A stretch of DNA of 45,421 nt from IMG/VR virus record IMGVR_UViG_3300032303_003678, positions 1-45,421 of that record; one strand, written 5' to 3'. Positions within the stretch are counted from its first letter, which is position 1; each line of letters starts with the position of its first letter. This DNA is from a virus. Taxonomy: Duplodnaviria > Caudoviricetes. This document shows positions 27,251-35,383 of this stretch, one piece after another. The notes under the pieces are model-generated. The model was given only the letters and a program-made list of their open reading frames with translations, was not told the DNA's origin and did no database searches. The position numbers and the translations under genes were made by a program.

Positions 27251-28094
27251 TGGGCATGGGTATGAAGCTCCCTTCGTACTTTCTGTCCGGTTTGTCCCAG
27301 TCCTTTATTGGAACGATCTCCATGATCTTTCTGTTGCCTATGAGCCATATGTGGTTGTTTTTTGAAAACACCGTCTCCATGGAGCTAACGGGGGTGAAAT
27401 AGCCTATGCCCTTGCCGGATATGTCTGAAGTCCCCCAGCATATGCCCACAAGTTCGCCCTCGTTCGTCACAAGTCCTCCGCCGGATCTTCCGGGACGAGG
27501 GCTGTTCAGTTCGGTAATGATGTCAAGAGATTTTTTCTCGACAAACCTGACCTCATACCTTGCAACCTCCCTGCCTCCGTCGCACCCCATGGAATTCAGC
27601 AAATCGCCCTTCTTTAACTTGAATTTGGGCGATATCGGAAAGTATTCCGGAATCCAGTCGCACTTGAATCTGACGAGGCTGGAGTCGTAGCCTCTGTCGT
27701 TGCTCCAGAATAGAACTTCCGCATCGTATGTTCTGGGCTCGGGCAGTTTCTTGCCGTTTTTATACCAGACCGTCACCCTAGCCCCCACCTTCGGTTCGGA
27801 GCCGTATTCCTTGTTGCCCTCCCAAAGGTGTCCGCACGAGAGTACGTAAACCCATTCCGACGATTGATCATAATAGATGATTGTTCCTGAACCGGCCGAT
27901 CCGTTCACCGACACCTTGACGGAAGCGGAGAGGAACTTGGAGTATTTTTCGTCCCTTTGCTCCTTCGGAACCGGAAAATCAACCCTTGTCGCATCCTCTT
28001 TCAGGATGGGATGGATGGGTTCCGCTGACGCGCAATAGTTGCAAAAACTGATAGATAAAGCTAGAATCAGAGCAACAACTGAAATCCTTTTCAT
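27240..28094 (-). CDS. Trypsin-like serine protease with N-terminal signal peptide
   Basis: MKRISVVALILALSISF..ASA signal; GSGT, LSCGH (His), YDSSLV (Asp), GRSGGGL (Ser); GGAGG RBS. Confidence 0.85.
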   Translation of the reverse strand: MKRISVVALILALSISFCNYCASAEPIHPILKEDATRVDFPVPKEQRDEKYSKFLSASVKVSVNGSAGSGTIIYYDQSSEWVYVLSCGHLWEGNKEYGSEPKVGARVTVWYKNGKKLPEPRTYDAEVLFWSNDRGYDSSLVRFKCDWIPEYFPISPKFKLKKGDLLNSMGCDGGREVARYEVRFVEKKSLDIITELNSPRPGRSGGGLVTNEGELVGICWGTSDISGKGIGYFTPVSSMETVFSKNNHIWLIGNRKIMEIVPIKDWDKPDRKYEGSFIPMPIMF

Positions 28095-28135
28095 TTGTTT
28101 AGCCTCCTTGCTATTGATATATATCCGTATTAAAA

Positions 28136-28648
28136 ATGAATAATCTCGCTTTGTTCGTTACGCATCATTTGTTTTTGACCGAAGAACAAATAACCGAAGT
28201 TGTTTCCGGAAAAACCGTGGAGGCAGTGGGTCATTGCGTGCCCGTGTGGGTGGATGCGAAGACCGGAAAGACGACGGAGCCCGCGGCGGAGGTGTTCTGT
28301 TCCTATAGAATCCACAACTGCAGGGAGAAATCATGCGAGGTAGATGTCGTCCCGAAGAGCGGGTACGACATCTACATCCCCAGCGTCTCGCCCTGGGATC
28401 CGCCCGAGGATTTGGATTTTGAAAAAATGGCGGACATGACAAGCGAGGAAAGGCAGGTCATCCTGAAGGATCGCGACAAATGGTGGTTCAACAATCCGAA
28501 GCCCCCTGACGCGGAGAACCTGAAGTCGGGATACCTGCGATTCGAGGTGAAGAAGACAAAGCAGAAGGCCGGACGACGCGAATATGCGGCTCAGCACATA
28601 GTGGAAATAGCCTCGCTTTCCAGACTGGAAAAGTCCCTAACTTCCTGA
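28136..28648 (+). CDS. Hypothetical protein
   Basis: 170 aa ORF downstream of a TATATA motif. Confidence 0.6.
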   Translation: MNNLALFVTHHLFLTEEQITEVVSGKTVEAVGHCVPVWVDAKTGKTTEPAAEVFCSYRIHNCREKSCEVDVVPKSGYDIYIPSVSPWDPPEDLDFEKMADMTSEERQVILKDRDKWWFNNPKPPDAENLKSGYLRFEVKKTKQKAGRREYAAQHIVEIASLSRLEKSLTS

Positions 28649-29146
28649 CAGGGACATCGCCATCTTCATGGTGATTATTTCGCCGTCGGAGACGGTTATT
28701 GTCCTGCTGAGGCTTGCGGATGAAACAAGTACGACGCCCGAAGCGTACCCTAGGCCAGTAGACAGGAAAATGTTCTTCACGGGTCCCCACGACCCTCCTA
28801 CGGCCTTGAAAAGTATGGTAGGACTCGTGGCCTTATGACTCCCCGACTGGCCTGGCGTCACAGAGAAGTTGTCGCTCTGTATCTTCTGACGCTCGTAGGC
28901 GTTTGAGGTCGGCTCGGGGCCATAGAGCTGTGATATCGTCGTGGATGCGACTAGGGAGGTTCTTGAGTCAAGGCCGATGTAATAGTTGGCCGGAAGTGGG
29001 GTGCCGCCGAACAGAACCTTCAATATGAAGTCCTCCCCAGCGTCGTGGAGCATGTTCCTGACATTCTCCTCCCTGTGGAGGACGGCTCCGGAAGAGTCCA
29101 GGTGTTCCATCTCGAGTACCGTCATTATTCCGTGCCAAGGCTTCAT
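28637..29146 (-). CDS. Putative virion/tail structural protein
   Basis: NMLHDAGEDFIL...YYIGL...EP...YERQ...F.AVGGSWGPVKNIFL pattern is common in tail proteins and loosely similar to 11689. Confidence 0.55.
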   Translation of the reverse strand: MKPWHGIMTVLEMEHLDSSGAVLHREENVRNMLHDAGEDFILKVLFGGTPLPANYYIGLDSRTSLVASTTISQLYGPEPTSNAYERQKIQSDNFSVTPGQSGSHKATSPTILFKAVGGSWGPVKNIFLSTGLGYASGVVLVSSASLSRTITVSDGEIITMKMAMSLSGS

Positions 29147-29181
29147 ATTTTTAAATGAGGAGGGTTTTTGATATATATGTC

Positions 29182-29373
29182 ATGGGTTTCAAAAAGTGGC
29201 TTCTTGAGGTGGGCGGAGGAGGCGGTCTCTGCGGCGGGTTGACTCCTCCCTTGCAAAGTCCGCTCTCAAACCAGGGGGCATTTGCCGACTACCACGGCGA
29301 AACCGAAAGAGATTCCGCCAATCCGGACGGAAAGCTGCCGCCAATCAAAAAGAACAGAAAAAAGCCTAAATAA
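29182..29373 (+). CDS. Small hypothetical protein starting MGFKKWLLE
   Basis: ATG 29182 directly follows a TATATA motif; 63 aa. Confidence 0.55.
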   Translation: MGFKKWLLEVGGGGGLCGGLTPPLQSPLSNQGAFADYHGETERDSANPDGKLPPIKKNRKKPK

Positions 29374-29378
29374 AAAAC

Positions 29379-31019
29379 ATGAACAACACAAATTTCGCGG
29401 AAATACTTGACGGCCTAGAAAAGGACGTATTTGACCTCGTCTCCAACCTTGAGAGACAGATAGGCGGCCGCATGGCCTCGTACGGAAGTGGTTCCCGAAT
29501 CCCCGCCAAAAACGAGCCGGTGAAGCCATTCCAGCCTAAATGGAGAGGGTTGAGAGGCGCATTGAGATGGCTTTGGAAGGGTCATTCCCGTGACAATCCC
29601 GACTACGCTCACCTTTATGACAAGGAAGTAAAGAGCGAATCAAAGAACGGCAGGCCGACTCTCGCAGAGTATCTCGTAGATGTTAGATTGATAGATGGAT
29701 TTGCGGAAGAAATATGCTCCGAGGTTCTGAGTGATTTTCTGAACGAGTCTTCAATGGACATTTCCGATCTGTTGAGGCAGTTCAAGCTAGATTTCAGAAA
29801 TATAATATTGAAGTACAAGAATTTGATCAAGAGTGCCGGACCAACTGCTCCCGAAGTCGCCCCCGCCGCAACTGGCTCAAAGCCCGTAACTCCTAGTGCG
29901 CCGGTTCAAGCTTCAAAGCCGACGGAACCCAAGGCTCCGGAGACACAGAATTCAGAGCCGGCCTCTTCCCAGAAGGACTCGGAAGAAGAAGGCGTAAAGA
30001 CCGGCGAACAGGAGAAGAAACCCGAAGAAAAGGATGCCTCTTCGGAAGAGGAGAAAAAAGAAAACATCCCGCCCGCGGCTCAAGAAGACGGGGAAGAGAA
30101 CGGCGATTCGGGGTCGGGATCAAACAAGGCGGGAGCCAATCGCAAGCCCAAAAGCTACTCCGCCAACATGGGAACATGGTTCAAGGAGGCCATGGAGGCA
30201 AAGAATAGGGGCGGAGATTCACTGACTCCCAACCCAGAATGGCTGAATTCCAAGGGCAGAACCAAGGGAATTGTAAAGCCCGAAAAGCTTCCTTGGGTCA
30301 TCGCATGGATGGGCACAAAGAGCCACAAAGACCTTCATAAGGACGAGGATGTAAGGTCGGAACTTCAGTCTGCAATAGGATCTTCATTCAAGGACTTCGT
30401 TCCCAAGGTAGGAAAGGACAAAGACGGTAACGACAGCCTCGTGAGATACATCAGGATGAACATGCCCACGATTTCCGACGAAGAGTTCAAAAGACTTGTT
30501 TCCGAGTTGTACGGGTCAAAATACGACGGTCCGGGAGCATCCTTTCAGAAAAAGAATAGAGAAAAGAAAGAGGATTCTAATGGGAAAAAAATAGAAGAGC
30601 CGACAATACAAGAAAAAGAAATTGAAGTTCTTTCTTCGCTTTATGCAGGAGCAAGCCCGATTGACGCATCTGTTGCGAAGCTTGAGGACGACTTCAGCAA
30701 GGAAAACGATCGCCTCAAGCGCGACGCGATCCAGGATCAAATTAAGAGCCTAAAGAAAGAGAACATATTGGACAAAATAGAATCAAAAATAATCAAGCCG
30801 ACTTTTTACCTGATCCTTAGGGAGATGGAAAAGAAAGACGAGGCCAAAAATTTTGCATCATGGTGGAAGAAATTTAAAGAAGAAAGAATGGAAGACAAAG
30901 AAGAAGATGCAGAATCAATGATTGCAAGAATAAACAATGGAGCTATGTTAAAACTTGTGGTTAAAAAATCTAAAGTAGAGATAGACGAAGATACTTTATT
31001 AAATATGTTAAAAACCTAG
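29379..31019 (+). CDS. Large charged low-complexity protein, candidate internal head protein
   Basis: 546 aa with a Pro/Ala/Glu/Lys linker; TAAATA motif 6 nt before the ATG. Confidence 0.55.
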   Translation: MNNTNFAEILDGLEKDVFDLVSNLERQIGGRMASYGSGSRIPAKNEPVKPFQPKWRGLRGALRWLWKGHSRDNPDYAHLYDKEVKSESKNGRPTLAEYLVDVRLIDGFAEEICSEVLSDFLNESSMDISDLLRQFKLDFRNIILKYKNLIKSAGPTAPEVAPAATGSKPVTPSAPVQASKPTEPKAPETQNSEPASSQKDSEEEGVKTGEQEKKPEEKDASSEEEKKENIPPAAQEDGEENGDSGSGSNKAGANRKPKSYSANMGTWFKEAMEAKNRGGDSLTPNPEWLNSKGRTKGIVKPEKLPWVIAWMGTKSHKDLHKDEDVRSELQSAIGSSFKDFVPKVGKDKDGNDSLVRYIRMNMPTISDEEFKRLVSELYGSKYDGPGASFQKKNREKKEDSNGKKIEEPTIQEKEIEVLSSLYAGASPIDASVAKLEDDFSKENDRLKRDAIQDQIKSLKKENILDKIESKIIKPTFYLILREMEKKDEAKNFASWWKKFKEERMEDKEEDAESMIARINNGAMLKLVVKKSKVEIDEDTLLNMLKT

Positions 31020-31468
31020 TCCTCATCCTCGTCGTCGTCCTCATCCTCGTCGTCGTCCTCATCCTCGTCGTCGTCCTCATCCTCGTCGTCGTCCCAGTCA
31101 TCGTCCCAGTCATCCTCATCGTCGTCCCAGTTATCCTCATCCTCATCCTCATCCTCATCGTCGTCCCAGTCATCCTCATCCTCATCGTCTTCATTCTCGT
31201 CTTCGTCCTCTTCCTCTTCCTCATCATCAGACCAATTGTCATCGGCCCATTCGTCATCTGAACCCTCGTCCTGCCAGTCGCCCGCTTCTTCCAAGTCCTC
31301 GTAATCATCGGAATCAGAATCGTCGGAGGCCTCCTCCCACTTCCATTCAGTCACTCCTCCCTGGGCATCGGGTTCGTCCTTTTTTGACGGCGCATAAGAA
31401 AAATCATTATACCAGTCATTGGTGTAGATGTAGTCAATTTGATTTTCGACATCCTCATGCGAACTCAT
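31016..31468 (-). CDS. Extremely acidic Asp/Glu/Trp-rich protein
   Basis: 150 aa; C-terminal half almost entirely D/E with spaced W; AAGGAG RBS. Confidence 0.7.
   Translation of the reverse strand: MSSHEDVENQIDYIYTNDWYNDFSYAPSKKDEPDAQGGVTEWKWEEASDDSDSDDYEDLEEAGDWQDEGSDDEWADDNWSDDEEEEEDEDENEDDEDEDDWDDDEDEDEDEDNWDDDEDDWDDDWDDDEDEDDDEDEDDDEDEDDDEDED
31020..31091. repeat. 4 x 18-bp perfect tandem repeat (TCCTCATCCTCGTCGTCG) inside a longer TCN triplet-like tract
   Basis: Read directly from the sequence; encodes DDDEDE on the minus strand. Confidence 0.9.
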
Positions 31469-31560
31469 AGGACGAAAGCTCCTTTGTTTGTTGACGAACC
31501 TAGTATAGTAAGGCCAAAAAAACGACTAGCGAATTATTATATACGTACTTTGCTAGAAAA

Positions 31561-32976
31561 TCAAGAGATTTTCTGCCTCACAAGACGGCCGTTTTCCACG
31601 AACCAATCCCCGTTTTTGCCTATTGACTTGGCTATGCTGCTGAGGCAAATGGCCGCGGAGGACTTGATTTCCTCGTTAGAAGGCTTGATTTCAAATGAAA
31701 GCCTTCCTTTTTCATCAAACTCGTAATAGGAGTCCGAGGGGACTTCTATTTCAAAATCATCCTTGAAGGACAGGCTTGAAACCATCGGAAGTTCGCTCGC
31801 CTTGAGGGTCGCCTCGTTTCTTATGACGACCGATGTGGCCTTGCTGTTCTTGACTACTATGTCGTTCTTTTTGAGTTGGGAGACTATGTCCTTCCACGAC
31901 GGACCGGAAAGAGTTCTGACCTCGTTTTCGTTAAGAATTCTCCATTCGACAAACACCTGCTTCATGATCCTTGCGTATTCCGGGTTCTTGGACTTCGCCA
32001 CGACGATCATGGATTTGGCTATAGAAGCGTAGTAGTTGACAACCCTGGCGCTTCCGGGAATGGCCTGGGCAAGAATTGAAAATGAAAAGTCCCTTGCGGT
32101 TCTGATCGCGGACATCGGGTTGTTTCCGATGGAGACATGGTGGTTGAATATTCGTACGAAAATCTGGTACCATGCGTTGGAAAACACGCGGCCAAAGCTG
32201 TGGCACTCGGCGGCAAGTTTGTTGTTTGAAGTCTCCGCGGGCAGTTTGGACGGATCTTCGTACTTGAAGACCTCCACCGAGGGATCCCTGAGGGCGTTGG
32301 GAAGGTAGGACGGATCTCGTGTTACATTTCTTATTAAAATCCCGACCTCTTCGGCAAGCCTCGATACGGAATTGGAAACTGAAAGATTGCCCTTGGTTTC
32401 AACAAGCATCTTGTTCAGTGCGACATCGTAGCTCATCAAATTGAACATGGCGACTATGTCGGAAAAGGCCTCATGAAAAGACCAGATTTCCAGGGACTGG
32501 ACGCTCCAGAAGTCGGGACGCATGGCGTCAAGCATCGCGTGTCCGAGTTCATGGGTGACGATGTCGGAGGAGTCCGCGAAATACACGTTCTTTCCCTTGA
32601 AATTGTAGTAGTAGAACCTGAGGGATCTTCTGTCGTAAAATGCGTTCAGGTCAGCGCCTGCGGCGGGATACACCTGGAGCAACGAGGTGGCGGACCAGTT
32701 TTTTATGGGAGACTTTAGGTGCCTCTGGACGTTCTCGATGCAGTTGCCGATAGAAATGTGGCAGTTGACGGCTCTCTTCTCGTTCGTATTGGAAGGGATG
32801 GGGGTCATGTCCTTCACCGCGTACTTCAGAAATCCGACCTTGGGTATTTCGGCATCTATGACCAGGTCGGGGGTGCTAGGGTCGTTTACGGTGTAACTGC
32901 TGAGCAGGTGGGCCAGACTTGACTGAATCTGGGTTATCTTTTTGCGGCCGAAAATGTTGAACATATAAACCTCCAT
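31561..32976 (-). CDS. Zinc metallopeptidase, thermolysin/fungalysin (M4/M36)-like; start probably 32964
   Basis: NAFY, DIVTHELGHAMLD (HExxH), FHEAFSD third ligand, ECH motif; GGAGG precedes ATG 32964. Confidence 0.85.
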   Translation of the reverse strand: MEVYMFNIFGRKKITQIQSSLAHLLSSYTVNDPSTPDLVIDAEIPKVGFLKYAVKDMTPIPSNTNEKRAVNCHISIGNCIENVQRHLKSPIKNWSATSLLQVYPAAGADLNAFYDRRSLRFYYYNFKGKNVYFADSSDIVTHELGHAMLDAMRPDFWSVQSLEIWSFHEAFSDIVAMFNLMSYDVALNKMLVETKGNLSVSNSVSRLAEEVGILIRNVTRDPSYLPNALRDPSVEVFKYEDPSKLPAETSNNKLAAECHSFGRVFSNAWYQIFVRIFNHHVSIGNNPMSAIRTARDFSFSILAQAIPGSARVVNYYASIAKSMIVVAKSKNPEYARIMKQVFVEWRILNENEVRTLSGPSWKDIVSQLKKNDIVVKNSKATSVVIRNEATLKASELPMVSSLSFKDDFEIEVPSDSYYEFDEKGRLSFEIKPSNEEIKSSAAICLSSIAKSIGKNGDWFVENGRLVRQKIS

Positions 32977-33007
32977 GTTTCTGTTCTATACTTATATAGA
33001 TATCGGG

Positions 33008-33487
33008 ATGGAAGAAAGAGGACTGATCGGAAAAAAGGAAATCCAGGAGTACAAGAACTTCGCATTCCGGGACGACATGCTGAAGCTTGCCGTTGGCGTG
33101 GTGCTAGGGAACTCTTTCAACAAAGTCGTGTACGGCATATCGGACTATCTTGTCATGCCCGTTCTGACTTTTCTCGTGTCGCAGACCGGCGACGAATGGA
33201 GAAGGTGGGAGTTCAGCCCCTTTTTGGGACTCAAATTTGAATTCGGAAGAATGATCGGCACTTTCGTCGATTTTTTTCTAATGTCATTCTTCCTCTATCT
33301 GTTCTATGTTAAATTGGCGAGCCGGCTGGTTCATCCCGAAGGCCCCAAGAGGAAGGAGTGTCCTTTCTGCCATGAGAACATACGGCTAGAAGCCACAAGA
33401 TGTCCCTTTTGCACCGGAGATTTAAGTGTCAAAACAAGAAGAGATAGAAGAAAGAATAAGAGAGCAGAGAACCGTAGAGGCCAATAG
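33008..33487 (+). CDS. mscL: Large-conductance mechanosensitive channel MscL with C-terminal CxxC-CxxC zinc ribbon
   Basis: EYKNFAFRDDMLKLAVGVVLGNSFNKVV...LVMP (TM1), FGRMIGTFVDFFLMSFFLY (TM2), CPFCHENIRLEATRCPFCT. Confidence 0.85.
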   Translation: MEERGLIGKKEIQEYKNFAFRDDMLKLAVGVVLGNSFNKVVYGISDYLVMPVLTFLVSQTGDEWRRWEFSPFLGLKFEFGRMIGTFVDFFLMSFFLYLFYVKLASRLVHPEGPKRKECPFCHENIRLEATRCPFCTGDLSVKTRRDRRKNKRAENRRGQ

Positions 33488-34046
33488 AAAAGGCCTCGTC
33501 GGACACGGGGGCAAGATAGGAGTGGTGCTGAAGGTTCTCGGCCAGCCCATAGTCGGCCAGTCTGAAGGTGGAATCTACGTGGACACGAACAGGCTGGAGG
33601 ACTGGGACAGGGATGATTCCGAACCCAGAAATGCATTGGAAATGATGAGGAAAATTCCCGTCATGGATACGGGCGGCCACGACCGTCCGTCTACGGGTGA
33701 GTGGTCGGAAATGGACGATCCCATCCCATACGGCACAAGAACCATTGGGTGGCATTTTGACGGACTCGGAAGGGGAATGCACCTTGAAATAAAGCACGAT
33801 GATGCGACTACGGAGTTCACCGTGACATACAAGGGATACCAGGTATACAGGGAGGTCAAGGGCGAGCTCAGCGCATACATTCCGCATCCGGAGTGGGAGG
33901 GCTGGATAGATCAGCTGTTCAAGAAGGCCCGGGAGTTACAGCGCGTGATGAAGGAGGAGGAGTTCGAGGAGCAGATGAAGGCTTCCGACAGAAGCAAGGA
34001 GAACTGGCTGAGGGAAATCGCGTCAAGATGGGGCATAATTAAGTGA
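33426..34046 (+). CDS. Hypothetical protein
   Basis: 206 aa; GTG start with GGAG RBS; overlaps the mscL 3' end by 62 nt. Confidence 0.65.
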   Translation: MSKQEEIEERIREQRTVEANRKGLVGHGGKIGVVLKVLGQPIVGQSEGGIYVDTNRLEDWDRDDSEPRNALEMMRKIPVMDTGGHDRPSTGEWSEMDDPIPYGTRTIGWHFDGLGRGMHLEIKHDDATTEFTVTYKGYQVYREVKGELSAYIPHPEWEGWIDQLFKKARELQRVMKEEEFEEQMKASDRSKENWLREIASRWGIIK

Positions 34047-34050
34047 ACTA

Positions 34051-34079
34051 CCCAGGCGGAACCTGGGCTTTTTGTTTTT
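34051..34079 (+). terminator. Rho-independent terminator
   Basis: CCCAGG-cggaa-CCTGGG followed by cTTTTTGTTTTT right after the 34046 stop. Confidence 0.7.
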
Positions 34080-34094
34080 GGAGAGATGAATTTT

Positions 34095-34466
34095 TTACAT
34101 GCCGAACATCACATAGGCGAGCAAGGCGAGCTGGGCGAGGATTACCGCCACGAACACGTAGTTCATGACATTCTTCTTCTCGCCAATTCTGCTCTCTACG
34201 GCAGTAAGAACTGCAGACTTTGACTGCGACTTGGTCTCGGTCGAACCCTCGCAAACCTTTTCCACCACGGTGGAGACGACTTCGCCGGTCGTCTCGTCCA
34301 GAGTCTCAACAACCCTCTCGCATACGCAGAGTCGTTCTGTGACCCTCTGGGTCAGTTTCTTCTGCTGCTTGGGCTCCACATAGAACTCTATGACCTTTGT
34401 CATTGAGTCCACATTGTTTTCTACTTTCTCGGCCTTCCTGCCATCTTCGAGTGTGAATTCAGACAT
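34095..34466 (-). CDS. Hypothetical protein with C-terminal transmembrane anchor
   Basis: Ends YVFVAVILAQLALLAYVMFGM; AGGAG RBS; TAAATA upstream on the minus strand (34494-34499). Confidence 0.7.
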   Translation of the reverse strand: MSEFTLEDGRKAEKVENNVDSMTKVIEFYVEPKQQKKLTQRVTERLCVCERVVETLDETTGEVVSTVVEKVCEGSTETKSQSKSAVLTAVESRIGEKKNVMNYVFVAVILAQLALLAYVMFGM

Positions 34467-34506
34467 TTTATCTCCTTTTGAATTTACTAGTGTTATTTAG
34501 TGTCTG

Positions 34507-34544
34507 AAAACAAAAAACCCACCCGGAAATTTCCGGGTGGGTTT
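34507..34544 (-). terminator. Strong Rho-independent terminator (perfect 30-bp palindrome 34515-34544)
   Basis: AAACCCACCCGGAAA/TTTCCGGGTGGGTTT with a U-tract on the minus strand, downstream of the 34567 gene. Confidence 0.85.
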
Positions 34545-34566
34545 CTCTTGAAAAACCTAGTGGTTT

Positions 34567-34848
34567 TCACGCACCGTGGACGATGAGGTCAGAAAGCGTG
34601 TGCTTGCTGAGGGTGGTGCGGTTCCCGCCCTTCATGGGAGCGATCTTGCTCTTTTTGAAGGACTGGATTCGGGCGTCCTGGAGGCGGTTGCAGACCGCGT
34701 TGCCCCTGCGGAGGACATAGCCCTTCACAACATCACCCTTGTTCTCCACGACGGCAATCGTCGTGCGGATGGGCTTGCTGTGGGTCCCCTTGTAGAAGAA
34801 CTTCCACACGGGGAGGTTTCGAACCAGACAGTAATTACTACCAGACAT
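34567..34848 (-). CDS. Small basic protein, possible WYL/SH3-like fold
   Basis: Start at ATG 34848 with AGGAG RBS; FFYKG....R....VKGY.LRR...IQSFKKSKI loosely resembles WYL. Confidence 0.55.
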   Translation of the reverse strand: MSGSNYCLVRNLPVWKFFYKGTHSKPIRTTIAVVENKGDVVKGYVLRRGNAVCNRLQDARIQSFKKSKIAPMKGGNRTTLSKHTLSDLIVHGA

Positions 34849-34886
34849 TTTTGAACTCCTTTCTTTAAGTTCAGGTGTGTGAGCCA

Positions 34887-34914
34887 AGTCTATCATTTTT
34901 TTTCTACTTGTCAA
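34887..34914 (-). promoter_or_regulatory. sigma70-type promoter with extended -10
   Basis: Minus strand reads TTGACA-16 nt-TAGACT, with TGn before the -10. Confidence 0.65.
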
Positions 34915-35383
34915 TAGTGTTTTCTAGCATTTCCCGGATGTTGTCTGCGTCGCCCCGGCTGTCAAGAATCTGATCCTCGAGAAAGAGGGCGACATAAGTT
35001 CCGTCCGCCTTATCGGCGTCCGATCCCATTTCGGCGAGTTCTTCGGCCTGGGAGTGCCTTAGTGCATAATTGGCGACTACCTGATCCTCCATCTCGAGGG
35101 CGGCTTGCAGCAACTCCTTGGGGCATGTCAAGCCTTCCTTGAATTGGGCGACGGCGCTTGGAACCTTCTTGTCTAGGTTTCTTCTCGTGATGATGCCCTG
35201 AATAAGTCTTCTGAACTCCTCCACGTGCTTCATTTCGCTGGCGGCCTGCTCGGAGAAGAATTCGCCGATCTCCTGCCTGTGTAGCCCTCTGATGCTTGTT
35301 GCGGCCTGCATGTAGAAGTGCATGTGGGCATATTCGTTGGCCAGGTCGCCCAGCAATAGATCAACCAACTGTTCTATGTTCAT
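34904..35383 (-). CDS. Ferritin-like (bacterioferritin/Dps superfamily) four-helix-bundle protein
   Basis: LANEYAHMHFY, EQAASEMKH (ExxH), ALEMEDQVVANY. Confidence 0.8.
   Translation of the reverse strand: MNIEQLVDLLLGDLANEYAHMHFYMQAATSIRGLHRQEIGEFFSEQAASEMKHVEEFRRLIQGIITRRNLDKKVPSAVAQFKEGLTCPKELLQAALEMEDQVVANYALRHSQAEELAEMGSDADKADGTYVALFLEDQILDSRGDADNIREMLENTIDK

Noticed and set aside
30970-31308. 112-aa Met/Thr/Arg repeat ORF
   Set aside because: Frame-shifted shadow of the acidic GAY/GAR tract, with no RBS
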